DNA of 61,254 nucleotides, counting the filler, from Nemertoderma westbladi (Eukaryota > Animalia > Xenacoelomorpha): the NCBI GenBank assembly GCA_032718475.1. It is 3 parts of 3 records of this genome, joined end to end, with 100 filler letters (N's around TTAATTAATTAA, not from the genome) between each part and the next. Parts side by side here need not be neighbours in the genome. Positions count along the whole stretch, not along the records: positions 1 to 17,496 come from JAUCBJ010006389.1; positions 17,597 to 42,216 come from JAUCBJ010000205.1; 1 more part is not named here. One strand, given 5' to 3'. Within the stretch, counting starts at the first letter, position 1; the number at the start of each line of letters is the position of its first letter. Below, in pieces: positions 12,606 through 25,200 of the stretch. Below the pieces are notes generated by a model that did not search any database, was not told the DNA's origin, and saw nothing but the letters and a program-made list of their open reading frames with translations. Made by a program: the position numbers and the translations under genes.

Positions 12606-13934
12606 TTAATATACCACCTGGACGAAATAATTACGGGAAGCAAGTGAACGGACCGTGGGTGTTTGGAATAGTATGGAGAAAGGGCACTAATTCGATATAG
12701 GTCACCCAATTTGGAATTTTTACACTCACCTAAATAATAAGGTGGAGTGATTTGCACTTTTTTTCGAATTTGTGTTGGAACCGTGGTGGGAAAGTTGTGA
12801 AATCGGTCAAAAATAACTACTTCAAAGTTTTACAAAATTTCATCAAAATCTTCACCTCTCTCACGACTTTCCAAAATTTGAAAATTGATGCACGCCTTCA
12901 AAAATTTTAAAATTTTGTAATTTCATGCAAGCCTTTATTTTTTACTGAACCATGCAACAGTATCTTTAAAATGAGTCAATGGGAGCTGTGAAAACCTTTG
13001 ATCTATTTTGGTTTATATCTTCACCTCCCTCCAGAGGTGACAAAATGGATAAAAAAAGTGCAAAAATTTAAAGTACTCTTGTACTTCCAAGTACTATTTT
13101 AAACCTACTGCGTACTTGATTTGCTAAACATTACCACAAATACTAATAAAGAGATTGCGGGATTTTTAAAATTGTTGTTGATGAGTGTACTGTCAGGTGA
13201 TGGCATTCTGAAATCAGTAATTCACTTTTTACATACTCTAAAGTCAGTCTTGACATACTGACATAACATGTTAGTATTAGTACTGTATGTCATTTCAGAA
13301 TTTACTTTTGCTACTTGTATCGATTTATCAAAGACCAAAATGATCAATTGTACCAGAAAAATAACTGTCATCTTTAACTAGGTAGGCCTAACTGTTTCTG
13401 GTACACACAACTGTGTTTAGTGAACAGCTTGCTAGGGCAATTTATTCAATAGTATCTACATCATTGTCCAGAATAGGGTGTTTCCCTTCACTTCTATGGG
13501 GCTTTCTATTACTCCTACCTGTCCCAAATACGTTGTCTAATGATTTCCAACCTGTCCAATATAGGGGCATCCAATCAAATCATCATATGAGCCAACTCCT
13601 CTTCATCGGACCAATACCAACATTCCTAAAGTTAGGCATCCTCCTTATTGGCTATATAATGTAAAGGTTAATGGAAAATTCCACTGATATATAATCCAAG
13701 GTGTCAACTACGAATCCAGGGCTCATTATAACAACCTATACTGGACAGAGCAACGTATTTGGGACAAGAGCTGGTTGAGGTATATGTACAGTGGAAATTC
13801 CCATTCTAAATAAGGGCATTTGGAATACTTGTTCCCTAGTTATGGTTAAAGATATACTGTGGGTGCCTTGCAAATGGCCTGTAAGACTGTGATGCATTAT
13901 AGGCTATAGTGTCATCATAGACACGTTATTTAAT

Positions 13935-14042
13935 TTCATGTTGTACAATTTATTCATATTGTGCAATTTATCATGTTGTGCAATTTATTCATTATGCAAT
14001 TTATTCATTGTGCAATTTATTCATGTGGTGCAATTTATTCAC
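13935..14042. repeat. Short degenerate 16-20-bp tandem repeat (TTGTGCAATTTATTCA)
   Basis: About six copies visible. Confidence 0.8.
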
Positions 14043-14159
14043 TTATAATAAATCTAAATACATTCGTATATTAATAATTAAATGACAATCAAATTAGTGA
14101 TATCGCAACCTCCTCCCCCGGACTCAACTTCATCCCAAATAGTCCTTAATAAGTCTTAA

Positions 14160-17100
14160 ATTTGAATCAAATAGGTTGTTAGTGTCCCATATAGGGTGTT
14201 TGTGTCCCATATAGGTTGATTTTGTCCAAAATAGCCTGTAGCTTTATCAAAATTATTTCAAATAGTTTATAAATGTAAAGGAATACTGAAAAGAATATTG
14301 ACTTCATAATCATAGCTGTAATTCCAATTTGTCCCAAATTGGTTGTTTATGTCCCATATAGGGTGTTTGTGTCCCACACAGGGTGTTTTTATACCAAATA
14401 GCATGTAACTTTCTCAAAATGATTTTACATAGTTTATAAATATGATGGAAATACTCAAAAGAAAATAGAATCCACTATCATACATAGCTTTAATTTAAAT
14501 TTGTCCCAAATAGGTTGTTTGTGTCCCATATAGGGTGTTTGTGTCCCAAATTGCGTGTGACTTTCTCAAAATGATTTTACATAGTTTATAAATGTAATGG
14601 AATACTCAAAAGAATATAGAATTCACTATCATAGCTTTAATTTAAATTTGTCCCAAATAGGTTGTTTATGTCCCATATAGGGTGTTTGTGTCCCATATAT
14701 GGTGTTTGTGTCCCAAATTGCGTGTGACTTTCTCAAAATGATTTTACATAGTTTATAAATGTAATGGAATACTCAAAAGAATATAGAATTCACTATCATA
14801 GCTTTAATTTAAATTTGTCCCAAATAGGTTGTTTATGTCCCATATAGGGTGTTTGTGTCCCATATATGGTGTTTGTGTCCCAAATTGCGTGTGACTTTCT
14901 CAAAATGATTTTACATAGTTTATAAATATAATGGAATACTCAAAAGAAAATAGAATTCACTACCATAGCTTTAATTTCAATTTGTCCCAAATAGGTTGTT
15001 TTTGTCCCATATAGGGTGTTTATGTCCCGTATAGGGTGTGTTTTGCTTATAATGATTTCCAATAGTTTCTAAATGTAGGGGAATACTCAAAAGAATAGCG
15101 AATTCACTACCATAGCTTTAATTTCAATTTGTCCCAAATAGGTTGTTTTTGGCCCATATAGGGTGTTTATGTCCCGTATAAGGTGTTTGTGTCCCAAATA
15201 GCGTGTGACTTTCTCAAAATGATTTTAAATAGTTTCTCAATCTCATGGAATCCTCAAAAGAATATAGAATTCACTACCATAGATTTAATTTCAATTTGTC
15301 CCAAATAGGTTGTTTTTGTCCCATATAGGGTGTTTGTGTCCCGTATAGGGTGTGTATTGCTTATAATGATTTCAAATAGTTTCTAAATATAGGGGAATAC
15401 TCAAAAGAATATAGAATTCACTACCATTGCTTCAATTTCAATTTGTCCCGAATAGATTGTTCATGTCCCATATAGGGTGTTTGTGTCCCATATAGGGTGT
15501 TTGTGTCCCATATAGGGTGTTTGTGTCCCATTGCGTGTGACTTTCGCAAAATGACTTTACATATTTTATAAATATAATGGGATACTCAAAAGAAAATAGA
15601 ATTCACTATCATATCTTTAATTTAAATTTGTCCCAAATAGGTTGTTTTTGTCCCATATAGGGTGTTTGTGTGCCAAATAGCGTGTGACTTTCTCAAAAGG
15701 ATTTTACATAGTTTATAAATATAATGGAATACTTAAAAGAAAATATAATTCACTATCATTTTTTCTTTAATTTAAATTTGTCCCAAATAGGTTGTTTGTG
15801 TCCTGTATAGGATGTTTCTGTCCTGAATAGGGGAATACAGATTGCCAACACATTGTTGCTGAATAGGGTGTACATTTCTTATAATGATTTTAAATAGTTT
15901 CTAAATGTAATGGAATACTCAAAAGAATATAGAATTCACTATCAGAGCGTTAATTTAAATTTGTTCCAAATATGTTGTTTGTGTCCCAAATTAGGTGTTT
16001 GTGTCCCATATAGGGTGTTTTTGTACCATATAGCGTGTGACTTTCTCAAAATGATTTTAAATAGTTTCTAAATCTCATGGAATCATCAAAAGATTATAGA
16101 ATTCACTACAATAGCTTTAATTTCAATTTGTCCCAAATAGGTTGTTTTTGTCCCATATAGGGTGTGTTTTGCTTATAATGATTTCCAATAGTTTCTAAAT
16201 GTAGGGGAATACTCAAAAGAATAGCGAATTCACTACCATAGCTTTAATTTCAATTTGTCCCAAATAGGTTGTTTTTGGCCCATATAGGGTGTTTATGTCC
16301 CGTATAAGGTGTTTGTATCCCAAATAGCGTGTGACTTTCTCAATATGATTTTAAATAGTTTCTAAATCTCATGGAATCCTCAAAAGAATATAGAATTCAC
16401 TACCATAGATTTAATTTCAATTTGTCCCAAATAGGTTGTTTTTGTCCCATATAGGGTGTTTGTGTCCGGTATAGGGTGTGAATTGCTTATAATGATTTCA
16501 AATATTTTCTAAATGTAATGGAATACTCAAAAGAATATAGAATTCACTATCATAGCTTTAATTTCAATTTGTCCCAAATAGGTTGTTTTTGTCCCATATA
16601 GGGTGTTTGTGTCCGGTATAGGGTGTGAATTGCTTATAATGATTTCAAATATTTTCTAAATGTAATGGAATACTCAAAAGAATATAGAATTCACTATCAT
16701 AGCTTTAATTTAAATTTGTCCCAAATAGGTTGTTTATGTCCCTTATAGGGTGTTTGTGTCCCATATAGGGTGTTTGTGTCCCAAATTGCGTGTGACTTTC
16801 TCAAAATGATTTTACATAGTTTATAAATATAATGGAATACTCAAAAGAAAATATAATTCACTATCATAGCTTTAATTTCAATTTGTCCCAAATAGGTTGT
16901 TTTTGTCCCATATAGGGTGTTTGTGTGCCAAATAGCGTGTGACTTTCTCAAAATGATTTCATATAGTTTATAAATATAATGGAATACTTAAAAGAAAATA
17001 TAATTCACTATCATTTTTTCTTTAATTTAAATTTGCCCCAAATAGGTTGTTTGTGTCCTGTATAGGGTGTTTCTGTCCTGAATAGGGGAATAGCTTGCCA

Positions 17101-17496
17101 AACACATTGTTGCTGAATAGGGTGTACATTTCTTATAATGATTTTAAATAGTTTCTAAATGTAATGGAATACTCAAAAGAAAGTATAATTCACTATCATA
17201 GCTTTTATTTAAATTTGTCACAAATAGGTTGTTTATGTCCCATATAGGGTGTTTGAGTCCCAAATGGCGTGTGACTTTCGCAAAATGATTTTACATAGTT
17301 TATAAAGAAAAAATATTTTTTTTATTATTCCATTATATTTATAAACTATGTAAAATCATTTTGAGAAAGTCATACGCTATTTCGGACACAAACACCCTAT
17401 ATGGGACACAAACACCCTATATGGGACAAAAACAACCTATTTGGGACAAATTTAAATTAAAGCTATGATAGTGGATTCTATTTTCTTTTGAGTATT
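14160..17496. repeat. Complex satellite (about 130-190-bp units built on 19-20-bp GTCCCATATAGGGTGTTTGT subrepeats) that inverts at about 17315
   Basis: About 20 diverged units. From about 17327 the sequence is the reverse complement (GGACACAAACACCCTATATGGGAC) up to the gap. Confidence 0.9.
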
Positions 17497-17596
17497 NNNN
17501 NNNNNNNNNNNNNNNNNNNNNNNNNNNNNNNNNNNNNNNNTTAATTAATTAANNNNNNNNNNNNNNNNNNNNNNNNNNNNNNNNNNNNNNNNNNNN
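17497..17596. other. Artificial 100-bp scaffold linker N44-TTAATTAATTAA-N44
   Basis: An identical structure occurs at 42217-42316. The core gives stops in all six frames. Confidence 0.97.
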
Positions 17597-20049
17597 TCTA
17601 TATAAACAGAGTTATGACTTAAACTACTCACAACGATATGGCTTAATTATAATTCACATATATGGCGCATTCTTTAGGAATTGCTTCTTTAACAGACTCA
17701 CTCATACACAATGCTGCACAATACTGCACACTAATCTGCCAATCTTCACTGATTTTAGTCACATATAAAAGGAACACAGACTGAATTATGTAGGGTCTAT
17801 CAAATAACATTAGATTCACTTCAAACCACTTTAACATAAGTCACAATCGTTATGTATAACCCTTCTCTCTTACCTTCGGTATATCAAGAATATTGGGTTT
17901 CGGGGTTATTTATCGTTATTCCAAATATAATAATTCATCAACCATGTTATGAAGAACTGACAGTAAATAGCAGTATAAAACAACAACTGAACACTGATTG
18001 TTACGAGTTTGCAATGTTTCAGCAGTCAGCATGTATGATCAGTTAGCAGTGATTCCATGAGTCAGGTAGTTAAAGGATATATGTCCTTGTAATTAAACCT
18101 ACTAGTGTAAGACTAAAAACAGTAAAGCACAAAATACTTCCAAGCCGTTCTTTCTTTGGCTCAGGACTAAATGTAAACACTGCACATAGGCATTGCGTCA
18201 TTTCTCGGAAATTTTCTGTACAAGGAGCCACAAAAACGCTCTAATTGGCTGACTGAACTGAGAGACGCCGTAGAACAAAGGAAATCAACACGTATGAATG
18301 TCAGCTGTTAACCGTAGTCATAGTAACTACTGTTCAAGAGTAGCTATCACCCCTTTGCGTCACGAATTGCCATAGAATCATAAAATATGCCTTTCACAGT
18401 ACACATACGGAGGAAATAGGTCTTAGATCCTCTAAAAACACCGATACAGCAATAATACGGTCTCTTACACTTATTAAATCAACTACAGAGTATTTTAATG
18501 CAAAAGATAATAAAAATAACGGGGCAATTCAGCAAAGGCTTTTACAGGTTTTTTTCCAGATACTTTAAAAAAGGCCAAAATTATACCAATTTTTAAATCC
18601 GAAGATCCAACAGATAAAAATAACTACCGTCCCATATCTATTCTACCAATTTTCACCAAAATTTACGAACGTGTTATCAACGCACAACTAGTATAGCTTG
18701 CCTAAACAAATACGAATTATTATCTCCATCTCATCACGGATTCCGTAAACAAATTACTACTATCGACGCACTCCTTAGACGTTCGTGGGGCCATCGCGCA
18801 GGACGAGGCTCAGTTATCAGATACAGATATTAAAATTGAGCGACTGTATCACAATATCAGGTTTTGAGAAATTTACCCACAGCCCACACCACCAATCAAT
18901 CAAAGAAAGGGGGACAGTACGTGTTCGCCCCTTTTAATCTGCACCCCCCCCCCCCACCCTTCCCACCCACCAGTAATTTATAACTACCGATGCCTTCAAC
19001 GCAGTAGGCAGTACTCGTCTTCATTATTATAAACGTCGTTGTGCTCGTCCTGTTTTGTATTTAAACATATTTCCTAAACGCAGACTGACGGACGATCTTT
19101 ATAACTACCGATGCCTTCAATAGGCGAAGCCAGGTATGGTTTATAGGAATATAGTCTACGCAGTACTGGTCTTCATTATATGCCTCGTTGCGCTCGTCGC
19201 TCGTCCTGTTTTGCATTAAAATATTTTTCCTAAACCAAGAGTGACGATCTTTATACAGATATAAATATGCGAAGTTTCGAAACTGTGCGAGTAACTGCTG
19301 ATACATCTATGTGGAGATGTGTGATACAACGCCAACGCATCGTATGCCGATGTAGTAAATATGGGTATTGATATAATATTAAATCAATGTACACTCTTAA
19401 AGCTGCAGCGAAAAAATGTAGCTAATTTCCTAGGTTACATATAAAATATTAATATTATTTTTAAGAACATTAATTTTACTACTTTGCAAATATTCAATGA
19501 AAAAATAACCAGACAAATATATTGCGGAATAAACTATTTCAGATACTGTATAAGCCTACAACAGTCATGAGTATTTATGTCATTATATCTTCTGTCACCT
19601 GAGATAGTAAGTAATACAACATAGTATAGAGTCAATAGGAATTTAAATACAGGCAGTGTGGTTGGAGTTATGTCTGTGTTGCTATAGCAATACTACAGGA
19701 TGCCTATAACAGTACAATTCCCCTCTGCCCTGGTAAGGCTACACAAACATCTCCCAGCCAGCTAGCAGCTCTACACCCCGCAGAGACTATATTGACCAAT
19801 AATGGGAAGGATTAAATTTGTACTCAATAATTGTGCCGCTTTAATTACGTTTAGATCAATTAAAGACACATTTATTAAAGCAAATCACTTGAACTAATTA
19901 AAAACTATAATGGAATGTTGTATGGGGATTACAGCTGTATAACTTTTAAGAATAATGATTTAAATCTTATACTAGAAAATAATTAATATCCTTTAAGGAG
20001 GCAGGTTGAAATTGATGTTGTTACCCTAATCAACTTAATTCACTAATTA

Positions 20050-20392
20050 ACTGCTATTATCTAAGCTTCTCGAAGGCCACGCGAAAATTCAACTTGGAAA
20101 ATTTCTAAAATTTGGCCAGACTACATGTGTACCAAGTTTGGTTAAATTTCATTAACATTTGGCTGAGTTATTAACGTTTAAAATTGGACACAACAGAATA
20201 ACAGATCAACAGAACAACAGATCAACAGACACACCGATTGAGTTAGTGGTACCTGTATGCTAAGCTCGCTTACTTTCGTCGCTCGCCCCACAACAGAACA
20301 ACAGAACAACAGATCGACAGAACAACAGACACACCGATTGAGTTAGTGGTACCTGTATGCTAAGCTCGCTTACTTTCGTCGCTCGCCCCACA
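20050..20392 (+). mobile_element. Helentron/DINE-like non-autonomous element end with a tandemly duplicated ~100-bp 3' module
   Basis: GTACCAAGTTTGG core, ACAGA-rich microsatellite and a terminal GCTCGCT...GCTCGCCCCACA that occurs twice (about 20192-20292 and 20293-20392). Family assignment is inference. Confidence 0.5.
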
Positions 20393-21166
20393 ATTACAGA
20401 ACAACTACAGGAATCTCTAGACAACCAGATCTCCGCCTGCTTAATTCCAGTAGACCTCAAGAAGGCTTTTGACACAACAGACCACTCGATACTCCTTTAA
20501 AAACTCGACTGCTACGGGATACGTGGCCTTCCCCACACTTACGTACACAAGTAGTTTCTATTGACGGTATTATTTCAGAATCGACTGGCACTGTATGCGG
20601 CACCCCCCAGGGAGAAATATTAAGCCTGATCCTATTTTTAATATACATCAACGACCTACCGAACTATACTAAATTGCTGGCCACACTTTTTGCAGACGAC
20701 ACGACCCTACTTTACTGTAACAAATATAATACTCACACACTTATTTGTACTGTTAATGCTGAACTAATGAAACTTGATGAATGGCTCACGGATAATAAAC
20801 TCTCCTTGAATCTAAAAAAACATAATACATTATCTTGGACAATCGCAATTAAAATACAATAATTCCGGAAGTGAGCCTTCATTCAACTCCATTAACTAAA
20901 ACTACGGCATCAAAATTTTTAGGAATCTACATAGACAATAAAATAAACTGGAAAATTATTCACTGCAACCATGTATTAGCAAAAATATCAAAATTATCCG
21001 GGATCTTCTTCAAACTAAGACCCATTCTACCTCTTGACAATCTTAGAACTCTTTACTTCGCACTACTGTTGTACAATGTACATCCTTATCTAATATACGG
21101 AATACCTCTTTGGGGAAATAGTCACCACGCATATACTGCTAAACTCAAAGTGCAAGTTAACAAAAT

Positions 21167-21440
21167 GGCCAATGTGAAGAATACCAGACTTTCTGCCGTT
21201 ATATTTCACTTTGCAGTTACCCCCATGTGAAGAATACCAGGTTTTCACCAAAAATACAGGTTACAGAAGGGCTGAATCTAACCAAAACAATAAAAAATTA
21301 GTATATGTACAGGTTATAAGACAGAAATAAGCGATATAAAACACTTAATAAAGATAAATCTCCAATAAAATTCCAAAAAAAATAAAATTCCAATAAAAAG
21401 TCGACCGAAAAGTGAAATCCTGGTATTCTTCACATGGGCG
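21167..21440. mobile_element. 274-bp MITE with 8-bp TSD AACAAAAT
   Basis: TIRs GGCCAATGTGAAGAATACCAG / CTGGTATTCTTCACATGGGCG, TSD at 21159-21166 and 21441-21448. The host LINE frame resumes after it. Confidence 0.88.
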
Positions 21441-21930
21441 AACAAAATAGTTCGAGCCATAACTTTCAATCATTATCAATCGCACGCTGCACCAATTTAC
21501 AAATCCTTAAATATTCTGCCATTAGATAAATTATTTAATCTGGAAGTAGCGAAATTCATGTATGATATAAACAAATCAAATAAATCGAACGCTCTCCAGA
21601 AATTATTCCGCTTTACTAGCTCAATTCATTCATATAACACGCGCTCAGTTATGTCAAAAAATTACTTCATCCCGCGAGTTAGACTACTACAGTACTTTCA
21701 CAACAATCGTTAAAATTCACAGGTCCGAAAGTATGGAACAACTAGCCTCTCGAAATAATAAATTTAAAATCAACAAATTCCGTAGCTTACCAGTACAAAA
21801 AAATTATTCTAGATTCGCATATATAGATTCATATATCGCATATATATATATAGATTCGAATATAATAGTATCTTTTCTTTCTTTCTTCTTTTTTATTTTA
21901 TTTTATTTTTTATAGAGTTACATAATCTAA

Positions 21931-22233
21931 TTATACATTTATTATAGGATGGGATCTAGTTTATTTTACCAATAATAACTTATCTTTTATTGGCGCAATT
22001 GTAGGACTAATCCCATCACATGCGTACTTTTTAAACCGGGTAGGGTACAAATTTAGGAACCGGGTAATTTTTCTTGAAATTAATATCTCATATCTCTCCA
22101 AACCACGTACGCGTTTCGACCTTACTGGGTCTCATCGGGGTGGTGTCGGATTCGAACCTGGGACCTCGAGATGGAAGCCGAGACTACAACCACTAGGCCA
22201 CAGGTTCTTGAGATATGGAGTATAATTTCAAAG
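21931..22233 (-). mobile_element. tRNA-derived SINE-like element containing a hammerhead ribozyme motif
   Basis: A box TGGCCTAGTGG (22200-22190), B box GGTTCGAATCC (22158-22148), TCC at the anticodon position. Other copies at 40258-40457, 12541-12605 and 40503-40915. Confidence 0.8.
22102..22144 (-). ncRNA. Minimal type I hammerhead ribozyme motif (two deviations from consensus in this copy)
   Basis: ACCACC-CCGAUGA-GACC(CAGUAA)GGUC-GAAAC-GC-GUA/CGUGGU. Stem I ACCAC/GUGGU, 4-bp stem II, palindromic ACGCGU stem III. Core reads CCGAUGA instead of CUGAUGA. Confidence 0.75.
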
Positions 22234-22271
22234 CCAGCTGCCATTTTACAAACTTTACTCTACAAAATTTT

Positions 22272-25200
22272 ACAAACAAACAAACAAACAAACAAACAAA
22301 CAAACAAACAAACAAACAAACAAACAAACAAACAAACAAACAAACAAACAAACAAACAAACAAACAAACAAACAAACAAACAAACAAACAAACAAACAAA
22401 CAAACAAACAAACAAACAAACAAACAAACAAACAAACAAACAAACAAACAAACAAACAAACAAACAAACAAACAAACAAACAAACAAACAAACAAACAAA
22501 CAAACAAACAAACAAACAAACAAACAAACAAACAAACAAACAAACAAACAAACAAACAAACAAACAAACAAACAAACAAACAAACAAACAAACAAACAAA
22601 CAAACAAACAAACAAACAAACAAACAAACAAACAAACAAACAAACAAACAAACAAACAAACAAACAAACAAACAAACAAACAAACAAACAAACAAACAAA
22701 CAAACAAACAAACAAACAAACAAACAAACAAACAAACAAACAAACAAACAAACAAACAAACAAACAAACAAACAAACAAACAAACAAACAAACAAACAAA
22801 CAAACAAACAAACAAACAAACAAACAAACAAACAAACAAACAAACAAACAAACAAACAAACAAACAAACAAACAAACAAACAAACAAACAAACAAACAAA
22901 CAAACAAACAAACAAACAAACAAACAAACAAACAAACAAACAAACAAACAAACAAACAAACAAACAAACAAACAAACAAACAAACAAACAAACAAACAAA
23001 CAAACAAACAAACAAACAAACAAACAAACAAACAAACAAACAAACAAACAAACAAACAAACAAACAAACAAACAAACAAACAAACAAACAAACAAACAAA
23101 CAAACAAACAAACAAACAAACAAACAAACAAACAAACAAACAAACAAACAAACAAACAAACAAACAAACAAACAAACAAACAAACAAACAAACAAACAAA
23201 CAAACAAACAAACAAACAAACAAACAAACAAACAAACAAACAAACAAACAAACAAACAAACAAACAAACAAACAAACAAACAAACAAACAAACAAACAAA
23301 CAAACAAACAAACAAACAAACAAACAAACAAACAAACAAACAAACAAACAAACAAACAAACAAACAAACAAACAAACAAACAAACAAACAAACAAACAAA
23401 CAAACAAACAAACAAACAAACAAACAAACAAACAAACAAACAAACAAACAAACAAACAAACAAACAAACAAACAAACAAACAAACAAACAAACAAACAAA
23501 CAAACAAACAAACAAACAAACAAACAAACAAACAAACAAACAAACAAACAAACAAACAAACAAACAAACAAACAAACAAACAAACAAACAAACAAACAAA
23601 CAAACAAACAAACAAACAAACAAACAAACAAACAAACAAACAAACAAACAAACAAACAAACAAACAAACAAACAAACAAACAAACAAACAAACAAACAAA
23701 CAAACAAACAAACAAACAAACAAACAAACAAACAAACAAACAAACAAACAAACAAACAAACAAACAAACAAACAAACAAACAAACAAACAAACAAACAAA
23801 CAAACAAACAAACAAACAAACAAACAAACAAACAAACAAACAAACAAACAAACAAACAAACAAACAAACAAACAAACAAACAAACAAACAAACAAACAAA
23901 CAAACAAACAAACAAACAAACAAACAAACAAACAAACAAACAAACAAACAAACAAACAAACAAACAAACAAACAAACAAACAAACAAACAAACAAACAAA
24001 CAAACAAACAAACAAACAAACAAACAAACAAACAAACAAACAAACAAACAAACAAACAAACAAACAAACAAACAAACAAACAAACAAACAAACAAACAAA
24101 CAAACAAACAAACAAACAAACAAACAAACAAACAAACAAACAAACAAACAAACAAACAAACAAACAAACAAACAAACAAACAAACAAACAAACAAACAAA
24201 CAAACAAACAAACAAACAAACAAACAAACAAACAAACAAACAAACAAACAAACAAACAAACAAACAAACAAACAAACAAACAAACAAACAAACAAACAAA
24301 CAAACAAACAAACAAACAAACAAACAAACAAACAAACAAACAAACAAACAAACAAACAAACAAACAAACAAACAAACAAACAAACAAACAAACAAACAAA
24401 CAAACAAACAAACAAACAAACAAACAAACAAACAAACAAACAAACAAACAAACAAACAAACAAACAAACAAACAAACAAACAAACAAACAAACAAACAAA
24501 CAAACAAACAAACAAACAAACAAACAAACAAACAAACAAACAAACAAACAAACAAACAAACAAACAAACAAACAAACAAACAAACAAACAAACAAACAAA
24601 CAAACAAACAAACAAACAAACAAACAAACAAACAAACAAACAAACAAACAAACAAACAAACAAACAAACAAACAAACAAACAAACAAACAAACAAACAAA
24701 CAAACAAACAAACAAACAAACAAACAAACAAACAAACAAACAAACAAACAAACAAACAAACAAACAAACAAACAAACAAACAAACAAACAAACAAACAAA
24801 CAAACAAACAAACAAACAAACAAACAAACAAACAAACAAACAAACAAACAAACAAACAAACAAACAAACAAACAAACAAACAAACAAACAAACAAACAAA
24901 CAAACAAACAAACAAACAAACAAACAAACAAACAAACAAACAAACAAACAAACAAACAAACAAACAAACAAACAAACAAACAAACAAACAAACAAACAAA
25001 CAAACAAACAAACAAACAAACAAACAAACAAACAAACAAACAAACAAACAAACAAACAAACAAACAAACAAACAAACAAACAAACAAACAAACAAACAAA
25101 CAAACAAACAAACAAACAAACAAACAAACAAACAAACAAACAAACAAACAAACAAACAAACAAACAAACAAACAAACAAACAAACAAACAAACAAACAAA

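Larger units (their letters stand above)
18530..21800 (+). mobile_element. Fragmented CR1/L2-group LINE ORF2 remnant, interrupted at about 18785-20392 and 21167-21440
   Basis: AKIIPIFKS...NYRPISILP, GFRK, DLKKAFDT, PQG..L..ILFLIYINDL, LFADDT, KFLGIYID, YGIPLWG, HSYNTR, GPKVWN, with frameshifts and stops. Confidence 0.88.

Noticed and set aside
17497-17596. TTAATTAATTAA palindrome as a biological site
   Set aside because: It is centred in N runs and identical at both gaps, so it is an assembly linker.
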